A DNA stretch of 64,000 bases from Octopus sinensis. Its lineage: Eukaryota. Each line of letters starts with the position of its first letter. The first letter of the stretch is position 1. Positions 1 to 15,188 of this stretch are shown piece by piece. Under the pieces are notes generated by a model. It ran no database searches, was not told the origin of the DNA, and worked only from the letters and a program-made list of their open reading frames with translations. The translations under genes were made by a program, and so were the position numbers. The DNA lies in assembly GCF_006345805.1 (NCBI RefSeq), contig NC_043004.1, positions 82,646,001 to 82,710,000 of the forward strand, read 5' to 3'.

Positions 1-694
1 ATTTATATTATCATTTGTCCGACGAGTCCCCGGGAGATGGGTAAAGGGGCAATCCCTGTGCAAACACAATCTGTCTCGCTGGAAATAGCGGCAGATTTGG
101 GGATTCCTTGTTTGATATATTGGTGGCTGTAGTGGTGTTGTAATAGAGTATGTATTATGGTGGTGGTTGTTGTAGTTTGTGGGGATAGAGCGTTTTGTTC
201 CAGGTAAATGGGTGAATTTGCAGTCTCTATCAGTGCATAATTTATGGCGAGGAGAATATCGGCAAATGATGGGGTTTCGAGTTGGTGTGTAGGTGCGTGT
301 GTGAGTTGTGAGAGGTGTAGATGATAGTTTGTTGAGGTTTTGGCGACCTTTGTGACCTGTAGGAGGTAGACTCCTTGAGATAGCATTAGTAGTAGTTGTA
401 GTAGTAGTAGCAGGCAGAAGAGATGTTGACTGATGATGATTGAGGAGGTGGATTCCATGAGATAGCGGTAGACAAAGATGTTTGTGGATTGATAGTGGGT
501 GTAGTACTAGTAGTAGTAAGCAGAGGAGATGATGTTGACAGTGATCATGATTGAGCTGCTGGGGCAGTGAAAAGAAGAGGTGGTGCTTCCTGCTGTGTTA
601 CCCTGATGACTGGGGGGGGGGGGTCAATCGTTTCGTTTAGCAAATCGGCCATTGTAGATGAATCAAGGAGTGGTTCATACTGTTGTTGTTGAGG

Positions 695-726
<32 letters not shown>

Positions 727-1382
727 GCGCCGGTGATGCGTTCGAAGAGAAAACACATCTCAGTTTATCGAAGTGTTTATTAATTTAAAAGCAACTTAGA
801 TTTGCTTTAATTTATTTTGTATCTGCAGTTCAGATCGAGTTTGCAAATGGTGAACTGTTCGTTTAGCAATTTCGTTCAGACACGAAGCACCGATGTTTTC
901 TGTTTGGGTAAGGCAATGCCATGTGTTGATAAGAACGTCGATTTCATTATCAGACCGGTTTTTGTTGGATTTTTGGTGGCTAGCCATTCTGGTGGATATG
1001 TTTTATTAAATTTTAATTTGTTCGTTTGTTTTGTTGATTATTTTTATTTATTTAAGGAGAAGTATGTAGAATAGATTGTACAGAATGTTTGCTGTAATAC
1101 TGAGAAATTTGGATTTGAATTATGAGCAGTTATTTTATCTTTCTTTTCTTTTCTTTTTTTTCCCTCTTTTCTAATTTTTAATGTGTGGGTGATCCTTTAG
1201 TTATCAGAAGGTGTTGACGAAGTGTATATATAAATAAATACTCTCTTATAGGAGTGTGTGGTTTTGTTTATTTGGTCGTTTGAAATTTATGAAAATAATT
1301 TGTAGTGAAAGAAAAGTCTAATCACGAGTTGGGAAAACGCGTGGTTTCAAATATAGAGGAATATATGTGATGGTCAATTTCA
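1..1382 (-). mobile_element. 5' part (5'UTR + ORF1) of a CR1/L2-group LINE, cut by the window start; inverted homologue of 62118-63560
   Basis: Reverse complement aligns with 62118-63560. ORF 796..987 MASHQKSNKNRSDNEIDVLINTW...RSELQIQNKLKQI is Myb/SANT-like; CCCH-like repeats lie downstream. Confidence 0.75.
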
Positions 1383-3510
1383 TATGTTACAAAAAGGAAA
1401 TAGAGGCTACACGTGGAAATGTAAGGGGAAAGTAAGTACAAAAATAAGCGAAAATGCACATTGGAAACCAAAAATAAGTAAAGGCTTTTTATGAAAACTA
1501 ACGATAGATATATACATTTAGATGAACTGAGGTAGGAATAAAAGTAATAAAAGTCATTATTGTGAATTGTTAAAGAGATTCAAAAGCATACCGGTTTCGT
1601 GTATTTGCTAATCATTGCTTTGAATGCACACTGATTAATGAACGATGTCACGTCTACTAGTCCCTGAGTAAAACGATTATGTGTAAGGGAGGTAATTAGT
1701 TCTGGATTTGGTGCAATTAGGGTAGATATAATGTGAATGGTGTATGGGATATATGGGGGTCAGTGGTATTAACTGAAAGGTCAGTAGTGTTCTGTATTAT
1801 GTTATGTGATCATATTGAGTTGTGGAAGATATTTATTGATGAAAGTTTCCTCTTTATTCTTTTGTTGTTGTACTGAGGTGTTCTGTGTACATTGATAGAA
1901 GGGGAAGATTAGGAAATTAGGATTAAGATTCCTAGCTTACCTTTCTATGTGTTCACTGACCTGTATCTCTCTGTATTGGAGGTGGGGAATTTGGAGAGTG
2001 GTTCTTCAACGGAGTAATATTCCTGTTTCGCCAATATAATTATTACCATAGCCAATGCATGTAATGGCATAGATAATGTTTTCCGAGACACAGGTGAAAT
2101 TTGACTTGATCTGAAATATTTCACCTTGTTTAAAGTGGAATTCGGAACCCACCAAAAGTTGGGGGCATGTACCACAGTTAGGTCGACCACACTTTTTCAC
2201 TTTTGGTTCTGTTGTTAATGGATAAAGTCTTGCGCTGGTTAATATTTTTTCAATGATTTAGGTTGCATTCTGCTCTTGACAATTTTGTGTGAGCCTAAAA
2301 TTTTGTTCATTGTTTTATCTCCTGTGCGTATGAGAATATTTTGGATGATAATGTTCAAGGCTTCGTTGTTTATTGGGTTATGTGTGGAGATGTATGGGAG
2401 GATTTTAAGTCTGGTTTAGGATTTCGGTTGACTTCACTTAATGTTCGTAAATATATTTCCTTAGCTCGTTTAATGTCATCATTTATTAATGATATTGAGT
2501 AATATCGTTTGATTAGTATTGATCTAAGTTCAAGGAGTCTTCGTTCACGAGTATAGGTGTCCGAAGCTATGGTATAGATTCTTTTCGCTAGATTATAAGG
2601 GATATTAATTTTTATGTGCTTGGGGTGGCATGAGTTGAATAATAGGTATTGTTTAGAAGCTGTGTGTTTATAGATATGTTTCGATGTGGCTATTGACTAT
2701 TTTAATCATGATGCCAAGAGAAGGAAGTTGTTTACTGCTGTGCTCCATGGTGAATTGTATGTTGCTATTAATATTGTTGAGCATTATTTTGATATCGAGG
2801 AGTTTGTCCATGCTGTATTTCCAAAGTTTAAAGCAATCGTCCAAATACCTCTTCCAGTTCTCCTTTAAATAGCAATGAAATGAGTTGCCATATTTTTGTA
2901 GTAATGATTGATATATTTGAAGCTCTATGTAACCTGTAACTAGGTTCGCAATCACTGTAGCGCTCGGGTTCCCATTGCAATTCCACATTTTTGTCGATAG
3001 TAAACTGTATCGAACATGAAATAGTTGTTCAGTAGGATGAATTTGAATGCTTCGATTATGGATCTGTGGCTAATGCGCCCTGGGATCACTTCTGGATATT
3101 CTTCTAACCAGAATGTGATCGCTTCTATACCATAATCATGTGGGAAATTGGTGTAGAAATTCACCACATCGAATGATACTAACAGGGTTCCTTCATTTAT
3201 TGTCTTCAGGTGGTCGTTCAACATGTGTAAATCTTCCCCCATATTTTAGAAACGGTTTGAATAAGATGTCGACGAAGTTGCTCAAACGGTGGGTTTCGCA
3301 AGCAGGTCCAGCAATGATGGGTCTCAGTTTGAAGTCAGTAGGAGTAGGAACAGGCATGGAGAAACTTTGCAAACTTTACAAATATGTAGATTTTGTGTAT
3401 TTTAGGTAATCCGTAGGATAGACTAGGTCTGTATTTAAAATTAGATAGTCTAATTCCTGTTTAGTGAGGGCCTTGCCATGTATTTGAACTAAGGAGGATA
3501 AGTTTTTTAA
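1383..3510 (-). mobile_element. Degenerate Penelope-like retroelement (RT + GIY-YIG endonuclease)
   Basis: Minus-strand ORFs give SFDVVNFYTN, YYRQKCGIAMGT and RYLDDCF (RT), and CVSENIIYAITC...YIGET (GIY-YIG); broken by frameshifts. Confidence 0.85.
1583..1621 (-). ncRNA. Degenerate type I hammerhead ribozyme at the Penelope 3' end
   Basis: Minus strand reads aaagca-ATGATTA-gcaaatacac-GAAAC-CGGT-A-tgcttt: 6-bp stem I and palindromic stem III; core mutated relative to CUGANGA. Confidence 0.5.
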
Positions 3511-3514
3511 GTGT

Positions 3515-3624
<110 letters not shown>

Positions 3625-3649
3625 CACCGTGATCACCGTGACCGACAAG

Positions 3650-3905
3650 GCTATCAGATGTTGCTACATATCGCTGGCCACAATGCGCTTCGCATTGTTG
3701 TAGCCTTCAAATGGCGCGAACAGGCCGACAGAAGAAAGAGTGAGAGAAAGTTGTGATGAAAGAGTGTAACAGGGATCGCCATCACCCACTGCCGGAGTCT
3801 ATAAGAGTTTTCGCTCAACAAACAAGCACAACGCCCGGTCTGAGAATCGAAACCGCGATCCTACGACCGCGAGTCCGCTGACCTAACCAGTGGACCATTG
3901 CACCT

Positions 3906-3908
<3 letters not shown>
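3650..3908 (-). mobile_element. tRNA-derived SINE, family A
   Basis: Minus-strand head has A-box-like tggtccactgg and B-box-like gtttcgattc; second copy at 9050-9313. Confidence 0.75.
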
Positions 3909-3979
<71 letters not shown>

Positions 3980-4702
3980 TCACAAAAATAGATATCAGCT
4001 ACATTGGTTGTCATCGTGGGTAAAATGGATAGGCATCGCTATGTGATTTATCCAGTGATGCAGTATCCCCTGATGAATTTGATCAAAGATGTTGATGAAA
4101 AGGATGATCACAGATAAGATGACCGATAATGTTCTCTCTGATTAAAGTCATGTGGTTTGTGGAAACGCGCATGCGTTGTATTCAATACTCATAAAGTCCT
4201 TCCTAGAATTATCATTTTTATTGCCATTGTATCACTCTATCACAGGTTTTGTCGGACTTCCTGGAGTTCTTCATGCGTTGCGTGCTTGTTACTTGCGACG
4301 TTCCCTGACATGTTATCCATTCTTTTCAGCTACATATTAATTTCCTGATTCTTCTCCTCGTCTGGCTTTGCGTACAAGCAGTTTCTGGATGACAACGGGG
4401 TGTGCACAGCTCAACCACATTGCACCTGTCGGCGAAAGGATTTATCATTTGGTTATAGCGTAATTAACACCATTATTTGATACATTCCTTTAGACATATT
4501 CACACAACATTGAGTATTGTCTTTTAATGTTAGCCACCAACCAGTCTTTTTATCGGGACACAATTCATACTAAGTTTGGCAACCAAGACTGCAGAGCTCT
4601 TACAACCTACAATTTGGGCCCGTTACCGTCGCATCGTTATTATTATTATTATTACTATTGTTGTTGTTGTTGTTATTGCTGTTGTTATTATTATTATTAT
4701 TA

Positions 4703-4796
<94 letters not shown>

Positions 4797-4819
4797 AACA
4801 TAAGTACATATATATATAT

Positions 4820-4888
<69 letters not shown>

Positions 4889-5199
4889 CAAGAACAATCT
4901 TACCTAGAAAGGGATGCGTGCGTTCCGTCACCTTCGAAACGTAGAGTATATGAAACCATGGCGACTGAAGAAGGTGTTTTTTTCTTTGTGTTATTTGTCT
5001 GTACTCTCTTTTTTTTGTTGTTTAAGAAAAATGTCCAGTTCCTTGGTTTTGTGTCTATGTTTTCGTTTCTCATTGTGTTCGACGTTTTTTTGGTGTCCTG
5101 TACTCATATATGCGTGTATGTATACATGTAGAGGTAGGTACGTACATATATGTATATATATATATATGCATATGTTTTATTTATTAATATATATATATG

Positions 5200-5250
<51 letters not shown>

Positions 5251-5358
5251 GATATATATATATAGATATATACATATATACACATATATATACACACAAC
5301 ACACATATATATATATACATATATACACATATATATATACACACACACACACACACAC

Positions 5359-5394
<36 letters not shown>

Positions 5395-5443
5395 AATAAA
5401 TGAAAGAATGGAGTTGAACGACGATTTAACAAAATACCTTTAT

Positions 5444-5524
5444 TCTCGACATATGTTTCGATGGCTGCATATTCCTAATTTCGAAGGAATAAGGGGTGCA
5501 TTATGCCGCCTTCTCATCAGGAAA
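5444..5524 (-). ncRNA. Type I hammerhead ribozyme with intact core
   Basis: Minus strand reads tttc-CTGATGA-(long stem II, G10.1-C11.1)-GAAAC-ATAT-GTC-gaga; palindromic stem III ACATATGT; GUC cleavage triplet. Confidence 0.75.
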
Positions 5525-5709
5525 GACAAGGAACTTATGTCAGCATCAAGATGAACAAAAACTCTTAGATGACTGCCCAGAGGGGGTCTTTCCTGATGAG
5601 AAGGCGGCATAAGGCTTTGCCGATTGGGGGCTACTATAATAGAAACACATTGACCAAGGTGTCACGTAGTGGGTCTGAAACCGGGTTCTGCGCCTATATA
5701 TATATATAT

Positions 5710-5760
<51 letters not shown>

Positions 5761-5874
5761 ATACATATATATATATACATATTTATACATACATATATAT
5801 ATACATATATATATATACATACATACATACATATATTACATATATATACATATATACATACATATTTATATACA

Positions 5875-5914
<40 letters not shown>

Positions 5915-6035
5915 ATATATAACATATTATACATATATATATATACATATATATACATACATACATATATATACATATATATACATACATACATAATACA
6001 TATATATATATACATATGATATATATATATATATA

Positions 6036-6076
<41 letters not shown>

Positions 6077-6131
6077 TTTGTAAGCCCAGTACTTATTTCA
6101 TCGGTCTCCTTTGCCGAACTGCTATATATAT

Positions 6132-6553
6132 AATAGTGTACATTTAAATACAAGAGAAACTACATTTAACAGGTAATTTTTACACGCTAGAAGGAGCAGT
6201 CCAAAATATTTCTAAAAATATTCGCTACCCTGTATATTTTACGTATATGATTTTAGCATTTCAAAGATCAGTTCGGCATTTGTCATTTACTACGGTTTGA
6301 AACTGCGCTTGCGCGGTGAATTTGAAAAATTATAACATATAATGATGAGACATGTTTTACTTGTCTTTAAATTATACGTTAATGTTACGGCGCGGTTACT
6401 GATGAGAGTTTCGCCTGGCAAATTTTTGCTACAAAAAAGTTGAAACCTAGGTATAACCGTAAAAAATAACAAGGTAAAAGTTTTTACTTTTCATTCAAGC
6501 GTGTAAAAGTACCTGTTAAAGTTAGTGTCTCTTGTGTTTAAACGTACACTATT
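6132..6553. mobile_element. MITE with ~60-bp imperfect terminal inverted repeats
   Basis: aatagtgtacatttaaatacaagagaaactacatttaacaggta at the left end matches the reverse complement of 6493-6553. Confidence 0.7.
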
Positions 6554-6652
6554 TTATATTGAGAATATGTTTTCTATTGACTTTTTATACATGCTAGGCC
6601 ACAGGTAGTGAAAATTCTAAAAATATTAGATATCGTATATATTTTATGTGTG

Positions 6653-6723
<71 letters not shown>

Positions 6724-6789
6724 TTATATTTATATATGAGTGTGTGTGCGGTGTGTACCTGTGTATAAATATATGTTTAGTTCCACGAA

Positions 6790-7290
6790 GGCATATCCTT
6801 ATTAGGGATCATATATTCCAAATTATTTCACTACTTTTATCTGTACCATAGAATGCGAAAGTCATTGGTATATGTTCAAGTGTATTGAAATTATCAATAT
6901 TGTAGAGGAAAAAAAGGAAATGGAGATAAATTGATGTAATTATTAATCTATTTGTATGTTACAGAAAAGATGACATTTCAAAAAATATAAAACTACAAAT
7001 AAATTGATTAGATTTAAAAGCTCAAAGAAAAACAAATTCAAATAAAAAGAAAATAGAACCTCCATATATGTTTCAGTCATATCATCTAGTTGATGGGAAT
7101 TTTGAAGCATTTTGATTAATGTGAAGACATTTGCCATATTCTATCTGTAGGTGGGAGGACGGCCACTTAGCTTTTAACAGTTAAACCACCAATATTCTAT
7201 AATTCCGTTAAAAGAAAAAATTATTATTTGACTTACATGAACCTTAAAGAATGCTTTATTCTCCATGTTCCTCGTCTCGTTTACCCCTCT
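6790..7290 (-). pseudogene. Degenerate hydrophobic coding relic, copy 1; product unknown
   Basis: One ~155-codon frame (MENKAFFKVHVSQ...MANVFTLIKMLQNSHQLDD...FAFYGT) with four stops and no frameshift; homologous to 13400-13920. Confidence 0.35.
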
Positions 7291-7291
7291 C

Positions 7292-7346
<55 letters not shown>

Positions 7347-8812
7347 GGAGGCCAAGAACTACAGACCTATCTCCCTGACATCACACATCAGCAAGATCAT
7401 GGAACGAATAGTCACAAGGAAACTAATCACCTTCCTTGAAGAAAATGACTTGCTGCCTGACACCCAACATGGTTTCCGACCAGGAAGAAGTTGTCTAACT
7501 CAGCTCCTACAAAACTATGACTGGGTGCTGAAACGACTGCTCGACCACTCAAATGTGGAAGTGATATATCTCGACTTTGCAAAGGCCTGTGATAAAGTGG
7601 ATCATGGAATATGTCACAAACTGCGTGATCTTGGCATAGTTGGAAAATTGGGAGAATGGCTTCATAACTTTCTGAAAGATAGAAGTCAGGTGATAGTAGC
7701 CAATGGGGCCACCTCCAATAACACGCAAATAGTGAGCGGTGTTCCGCAGGACAGACACTGTTTTGGGACCACTACTGTTCACAATGGCCCTCTCAGACAT
7801 ACCCTCAGCCACACAGAGAGCCACGATCACAAGTTATGCAGATGATACAAACGTTTCACAGGTAATACAGAACCCTGAAGATACTATGCACCTGCAATGT
7901 GAGCTAGACAAAATATACAAGTGGGCTGAAAAGAATAGCATGCACTTCAATGCTGAAAAGTCTCAAGCGTTATGCTATCAACATGCAAAACTAAATGCAA
8001 TAACCAATAAATACACTGGACATGGAGGGATTGCAATCCCAGAGGCACAATCAGTGCGATATCTCGGTATTTACATGTGTAATGATGCAACCTTATGTAC
8101 ATGATGCTAAATTGGCAATGTCCAGATGGATTCTTAGAGCTTTTAGAACACTAGACCAGGAAACCATGATGGTCCTCTGGTGGACACTTGTCCTAAGCCA
8201 CTTTAACTATTGCTCTCAGCTATGGTCACCAACCAGTGTCAAATTAGTCTTAGAACCTGAGGCAATCCAACGAAGCTGCACGAAGAAAATAGCCTCTATG
8301 CAGCATATATGCTATTGGGAAAGATTCAAGAGATTAAAAACTCTATTCTTTAGAGCGTAGGCATGAAAGATATGCCATAATATACATCTGGAAGATCCTG
8401 GAAGGAGTTATCCTTAACTTTGGCATCGAGAATTACACAAACACTAGAACGGCACCACTGTATAGTGCCAAGGACTCCAAATTCGCTATCAAGATGTAGG
8501 ACTAGATACTGCGAGGTCCACAGCTCAGAGGTCCAAAGCTCTTCAATATCCTCTCGAAGGACCTGAGAGACCTGCATGGGGTGCATGCAGATGTCTTTAA
8601 AATAAAGCTGGACCTCTTCCTGTCAGGTATCCCAGATGAACCAACTTTACGGTAGGAGGTGCAGATGAGGGCAACTGCATCAAAATCTCTCATGCACCAA
8701 ATGTCAATTGCTAAAAAGCTTTCGTGAAGTAAGATCATGTAGCAACACCGAATGCTGGTACCCCAGCATGGCCACAGCTCGTGAGTTGAAACTCGATGAA
8801 ATGAAATGAAAA
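7347..8812 (+). mobile_element. 5'-truncated CR1/L2-type LINE, same family as 17020-21937 and 22440-27035
   Basis: RT motifs QHGFRPGRSC, YLDFAKA, VPQ and YADDT; frameshifts; 3' hairpin followed by a (TGAAA)n tail. Confidence 0.9.
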
Positions 8813-8889
8813 TATGTATATATACACATACAGACACATACACACATATGTACAGATAGACACACACATACACTTACACGAACACATAT

Positions 8890-9311
8890 ATAAGAGAAAT
8901 CTTATATTTGACGGATAAAAGAACTACTCAATGCCCATCCATTTTGAACTAATACTTCATACAATTCGATATGTTAATCAATGTACTTGCGAAAATGAAA
9001 TGAACATCAGAGTAATGTCACATATATATATATATATCAGATGTAGTTACACATCTCTGGTCACAATGCGTACGCATTGTTTTAGCCTCCGAATGACGCC
9101 ACCCCGCTGGCTATTCGAGCAGGCCAACAGAAGAAAGAGTGGGAGAAAGAGTGGTGAAAGAGTACAGCCGGGATCACCACCCCTGCCAGAGCCTCGTGGA
9201 GCTTTTAGGTGTTTTTCGCTCAATAAACACTCACAACGCCCGGTCTGGGAATCGAAACTGCGATCCTACGACCGCGCGTCCGCTGCCCTAACCACTGGGC
9301 CATTGCGCTTC

Positions 9312-9350
<39 letters not shown>

Positions 9351-9442
9351 TATATATACATATATGCGCGTGTATTTGTGTACCCTTAAAGCGACGAAAG
9401 GTTTCACACCACTCCATACAGACAAACACTAACACGCACACA

Positions 9443-9491
<49 letters not shown>

Positions 9492-9536
9492 CATACACAT
9501 ATATATATGCATAGTCATATATATATATATATACAT

Positions 9537-9618
<82 letters not shown>

Positions 9619-9681
9619 TATATATACATATATATATATACATACACACACACACATATATATATATTTACACATATGTTT

Positions 9682-9738
<57 letters not shown>

Positions 9739-9950
9739 CATATATAAATATATAACCTAAATCTCATTGTTCAGAGAAATCTTATACATAAGACAAATCT
9801 CCTTATCTGTGGCACATGAAAGGAATACTAAATGCACATCCATTTGTATCCAACGCTTCTTAATATATGGAGAAGAACATAATATCGATATTCTAATCAA
9901 TGCACTCAAGAAAAAGAAATCAACAGTAGAGTAATATTACGCATAATTTA
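8890..9950. repeat. ~180-bp dispersed block, two copies here (8890-9020, 9770-9950) and two more at 14040-14220 and 14440-14620
   Basis: Shared gcacatc...aacgcttc...atatcgatatt.taatcaat...agagtaat; marks a segmental duplication of the receptor unit. Confidence 0.6.
9050..9313 (-). mobile_element. tRNA-derived SINE, family A
   Basis: Homologous to 3650-3908. Confidence 0.75.
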
Positions 9951-10320
9951 TATTGTTGATATAGTTCTTTCTATCCACTTTGAAAATTGTTGATTTAATA
10001 TAAATTAGCGGCTATTTATATGTTTTAAGAAGCTTAGCGAGCAATATTCAATTTGAAGTATATTTTAAATCCATAACAACAGATTTGAAATAATCCCTAC
10101 ATACAAAAAAGCGGAAGATATTATATAACAGATTTATCCGATTTCTTCTTTATTTCCAGTTCGTTCGTAACACACGAGATTTGCAGCACTCTAAACTTAA
10201 TATAGAAGGAAAATTGAAGTACTAGAGTAATTAAACAAAAACAAGGCCTCTCTATTTTATGTCAATATATTTATCTTTCTATATAGAAGTAAATTGGGAG
10301 AAATATTTAATTACAAAAAT

Positions 10321-11112
<792 letters not shown>

Positions 11113-11261
11113 TGAAATAGAAAGATGAATAATATTGTTGCAGATTAATCAAAAGTTTAACCGATACCTTGGTAGCAAAAATCACAGCAGAAGACAGCAC
11201 GGTTGGAGGTACAACCCTATGGTGTTGCAACCGTGCGTTGGTGCGGATAATTGAATTTTAA

Positions 11262-11627
11262 TATTATTAGTGAATTGAAGAAATGGAGTTGAACGAAGAT
11301 TGAACAGAAATCGTTTTATTGCATTCTACACGTGTTTCGAAAGCCACAATTTACCAAATTCCGATTGAATAAGGAGACCATATTGTGTCTTTCTCTTCAG
11401 GAAGAAATAGGAAATCCGTTGGGAAAAACAAAAACAGAACAGAGGCGGAGCAAAACAACGGATTTCCATCGGATTTCCTATTTCTTCCTGAAGAGAAAGA
11501 CACAATATGGTCTCCTTATTCAATCGGAATTTGGTAAATTGTGCCTTTTGAAACACGTGTAGAATGCAATAAAACGATTTCTGTTCAATCTTCGTTCAAC
11601 TCCATTTCTTCAATTCACTAATAATAT
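11262..11627. mobile_element. Fold-back element (~160-bp arms, ~50-bp spacer) with one hammerhead ribozyme in each arm
   Basis: Arms are near-perfect reverse complements. The right arm reads ttc-CTGAAGA(11488-11494)...GAAAC(11549-11553)-ACGT-GTA-gaa; the left arm has the same motif on the minus strand. Confidence 0.8.
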
Positions 11628-11684
11628 ATATATATATATATGTATTTCTATATACATATATATATATTCATATATATATGCACA

Positions 11685-11824
11685 AGACTGGCTAGTTGGT
11701 AAGAAACTTGCTTCCTAACCACATGGTCTCGGTTTCATATCGGACGTATGACAACTTGGGCACGTATCTTTTACATAATGTTTTGGGCTGACCAAAATAT
11801 TATCAGTGTGTTTTCGAAAATATG

Positions 11825-11855
<31 letters not shown>

Positions 11856-12465
11856 ATTCGTGAGTCTGTCCTCGTCCTCCTCACCAGCGGTTGCCAACCA
11901 ATGTCGGTGTATTTACATCCCCGTAGCTTAACGATTCGGGAAAATAACCCGATATAATAAGTACTAGACTTACAAAGAATAATCACTTGGGGTGCGTTTG
12001 TTCGAAGAAGTGCGGCGCGGCCGCATGGCCGCAGAGAAATGAATGAAAGAATGTAAGTATTTAAATATATATACATATTCTTTTACTTGTTTCAATCCTT
12101 TGACATTGGGCATTCTGGAGCACCTCCATTAGTCGAATAAACCGGGCAGAGAACCTATTCTCTCTAAGTCTAGTACTTATTCTATCGGTAACGTTTGTGA
12201 CGGGGACGTAAACACACCAACATCGGTTGTTAGGCGATGGTAGAGGAACAAACACAGACAGAAATAACAAACACACGCACACACACACATAAACACACAC
12301 ACACATATATATATATATACATACATATACATATATACGACGGGCTTCTTTCAGTTTTCGCCTTCCAAATCCACTCAAAAGGCCTTGGACGACTGGAGGC
12401 TATAGTTGAAGACACTTGGTCAAGGTGCTACGCAGTGGGACTGAACCCGGAACCATGTTTATATA
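11685..12465. mobile_element. Two tail-to-tail tRNA-derived SINEs of family B (+ 11685-12060, - 12065-12465)
   Basis: Homology to 14739-15145 (taagtact.gact tacaaagaataa; ctgaaagaagcc.gtcg). Confidence 0.7.
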
Positions 12466-12539
12466 GGCGAGAAGAAACTGGCGGTAAAATAACAAACAGA
12501 AGTGTGTTAGCCATTATTTAATTAGTAAATAATGGTGAG

Positions 12540-13250
12540 AGTGAGAGTGAATTTTTGTTACGATTGTTTCTGTTTACCATGTTGAGGAAAATATATACAA
12601 TATTTTTGCCTCGTTGGTAATGGTAGACATCGTCAGAACGAAGAAATCATAGTCAGAGAGAAGAGTGAAAGTCCGTTATGAGGTGGATGAAGAATATAAG
12701 TTAGTGCTACCTGTGGTCTCATGTTTATTGGATGGCATATTTTGCACGCACCTGTGACCTCTGGGTGTTCACCGCCGGTGCAATGTGAGGGAGCTAACAC
12801 GAATTAGAGAAAACCGATGCTACTATAATGACCTATGTGTCTTGAAATATAGGTTGTAGGTGGTTCGTATTATTGCAGGATGTTATGTATTTTGTAAAAT
12901 ATGGAACGAGCGCTGTAATACTATTTTATGAAAAGTGTATATAAAAAAGAACTTGGGAAGGGAAAGTTTGCTTGTAAATATCTTAGGTGGTTCTCGGTTA
13001 AAAAGAATTATATCAGTAGAGGCGGTTTAACCATAGCTATTCTCAGGCGCTCTGTTAAACAGAGATGACACCGCTTATTAGTAGAGGTATGAGACGAGTA
13101 GGTTGCTAGGATGCGCAATTTTAAACAATAACTAATTGTTTAATCCTCTAATTCCTAGATGTAGCTACAAGGCCTGTAGAGTTCGCTTCACTACTATTTC
13201 TTAGGCTAGATTAGTGTGAAATGTATCTCAGTATTATTTGATTTTTCGTG
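12540..13250 (-). mobile_element. Probable highly degenerate Penelope RT C-terminal fragment
   Basis: Weak motifs only: SYLY**AVSSLFNRA and CKICH. Confidence 0.3.
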
Positions 13251-13317
13251 GCACCTATATACGATTTCGTATAGTTATTTGTGAGTACTCTCTCACACAC
13301 ACGCACATACATATCTA

Positions 13318-13383
<66 letters not shown>

Positions 13384-13399
13384 TATAGTTAGTTAGTTA

Positions 13400-13920
13400 G
13401 ATCAAGGAAGTCATATCCTTATTAGGGATTATATAATCCAAGTTATTCCACTGGTTTTACCTGTACCATAGAATGCGAAACTCATTGATATATGTTCAAG
13501 ATTATTGAAATTATCAATATTCGTGAAGAAAAAGGAGGAAATGGCGATTACAATTATGTAATTATAAATCTATTTGTATGCTACAACAAGGTGCCATTTA
13601 AAAAAATATAAAACAACTAAAATTGATTAGAATTTAAAAGCTCAAAGAAAAACAAAATTAAATAAAAAAGAAAATAGAACCTAGATATATGTGTCAGTCA
13701 TATCATCAAATTGATGGACATTTTAGACCATTTTGTTTAATGCTAAGAAAGATGCCACATTATAACTGTAAAGTTGTCGGACGTCTACGTAGCATTTAAT
13801 TTTTAAACCACTAATATTCCATAATTCCATAAAAAGTAAAATTTATTATTCAACTTACATTAATCCAAAAGAAGTGTTTATTCTCCATTTTCATCGTCTT
13901 GTTTTCCCCATCGCCCCCTC
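13400..13920 (-). pseudogene. Degenerate hydrophobic coding relic, copy 2
   Basis: Collinear with 6790-7290; MENKHFFWINVS...LEHISMSFAFYGT followed by ACAG|GTAAAA; multiple stops. Confidence 0.35.
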
Positions 13921-13921
13921 T

Positions 13922-13962
<41 letters not shown>

Positions 13963-14629
13963 CTCATACACACATGTTTAGATACACAGACATACACATA
14001 CACAGATACATATATTTAAAAGAAATTGCATAAGTACTGGAAATCTACTATATAAGAGAAAATTTATATGTAGCCGATAAAAGAACTGCTCAATGCACAG
14101 GTATTTGGAACTAACGCTTCATACAAAGCAATTTAATGGAGAAGAATATAATATCGATATTGTAATCAATATACATGCGGAAATCAAAATGTACATCAGA
14201 GTAATATCACACGTAAATACATACATATATATATATATATATATACACGCTTATATGTGTGTGTATATAGATAACCTTAAAGTGGCGAAATTTGTAGCAC
14301 CACCCCATACATACAAACATTAACACACACAGTTATAAGCCTACATATGTAGAGATAAAATGTCTGCGCATCATATGTATATATGTATATGTATATAAAT
14401 ATATATATGTATATATATATATTATGAGAGATCTCATATTTAGGAGTAATCGTCTTATGTATAAAACAAATCTTCTTATATATAATGAGCAAATGAAAAA
14501 AATACGCAGTGCACATCAATTTAGAACCAACGCTTCTTAAAATGCAAAATAATGGAGAAGAATATGATATCGATATTGTAATTAATGTACCTGCAAAAAT
14601 CAAATGACAAGATTAACATGACGCATAAA

Positions 14630-15188
<559 letters not shown>

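Noticed and set aside
4928-4976. Permuted (type II-like) hammerhead: caccttcGAAACGTA...CTGAAGAaggtg
   Set aside because: Stem I cannot form and the stem II closing pair is wrong.
4527-6153. Many long ORFs rich in I/Y, N or L here and throughout the window
   Set aside because: They are translations of (TA)n, (ATT)n and (AAC)n microsatellites, open in several frames at once.
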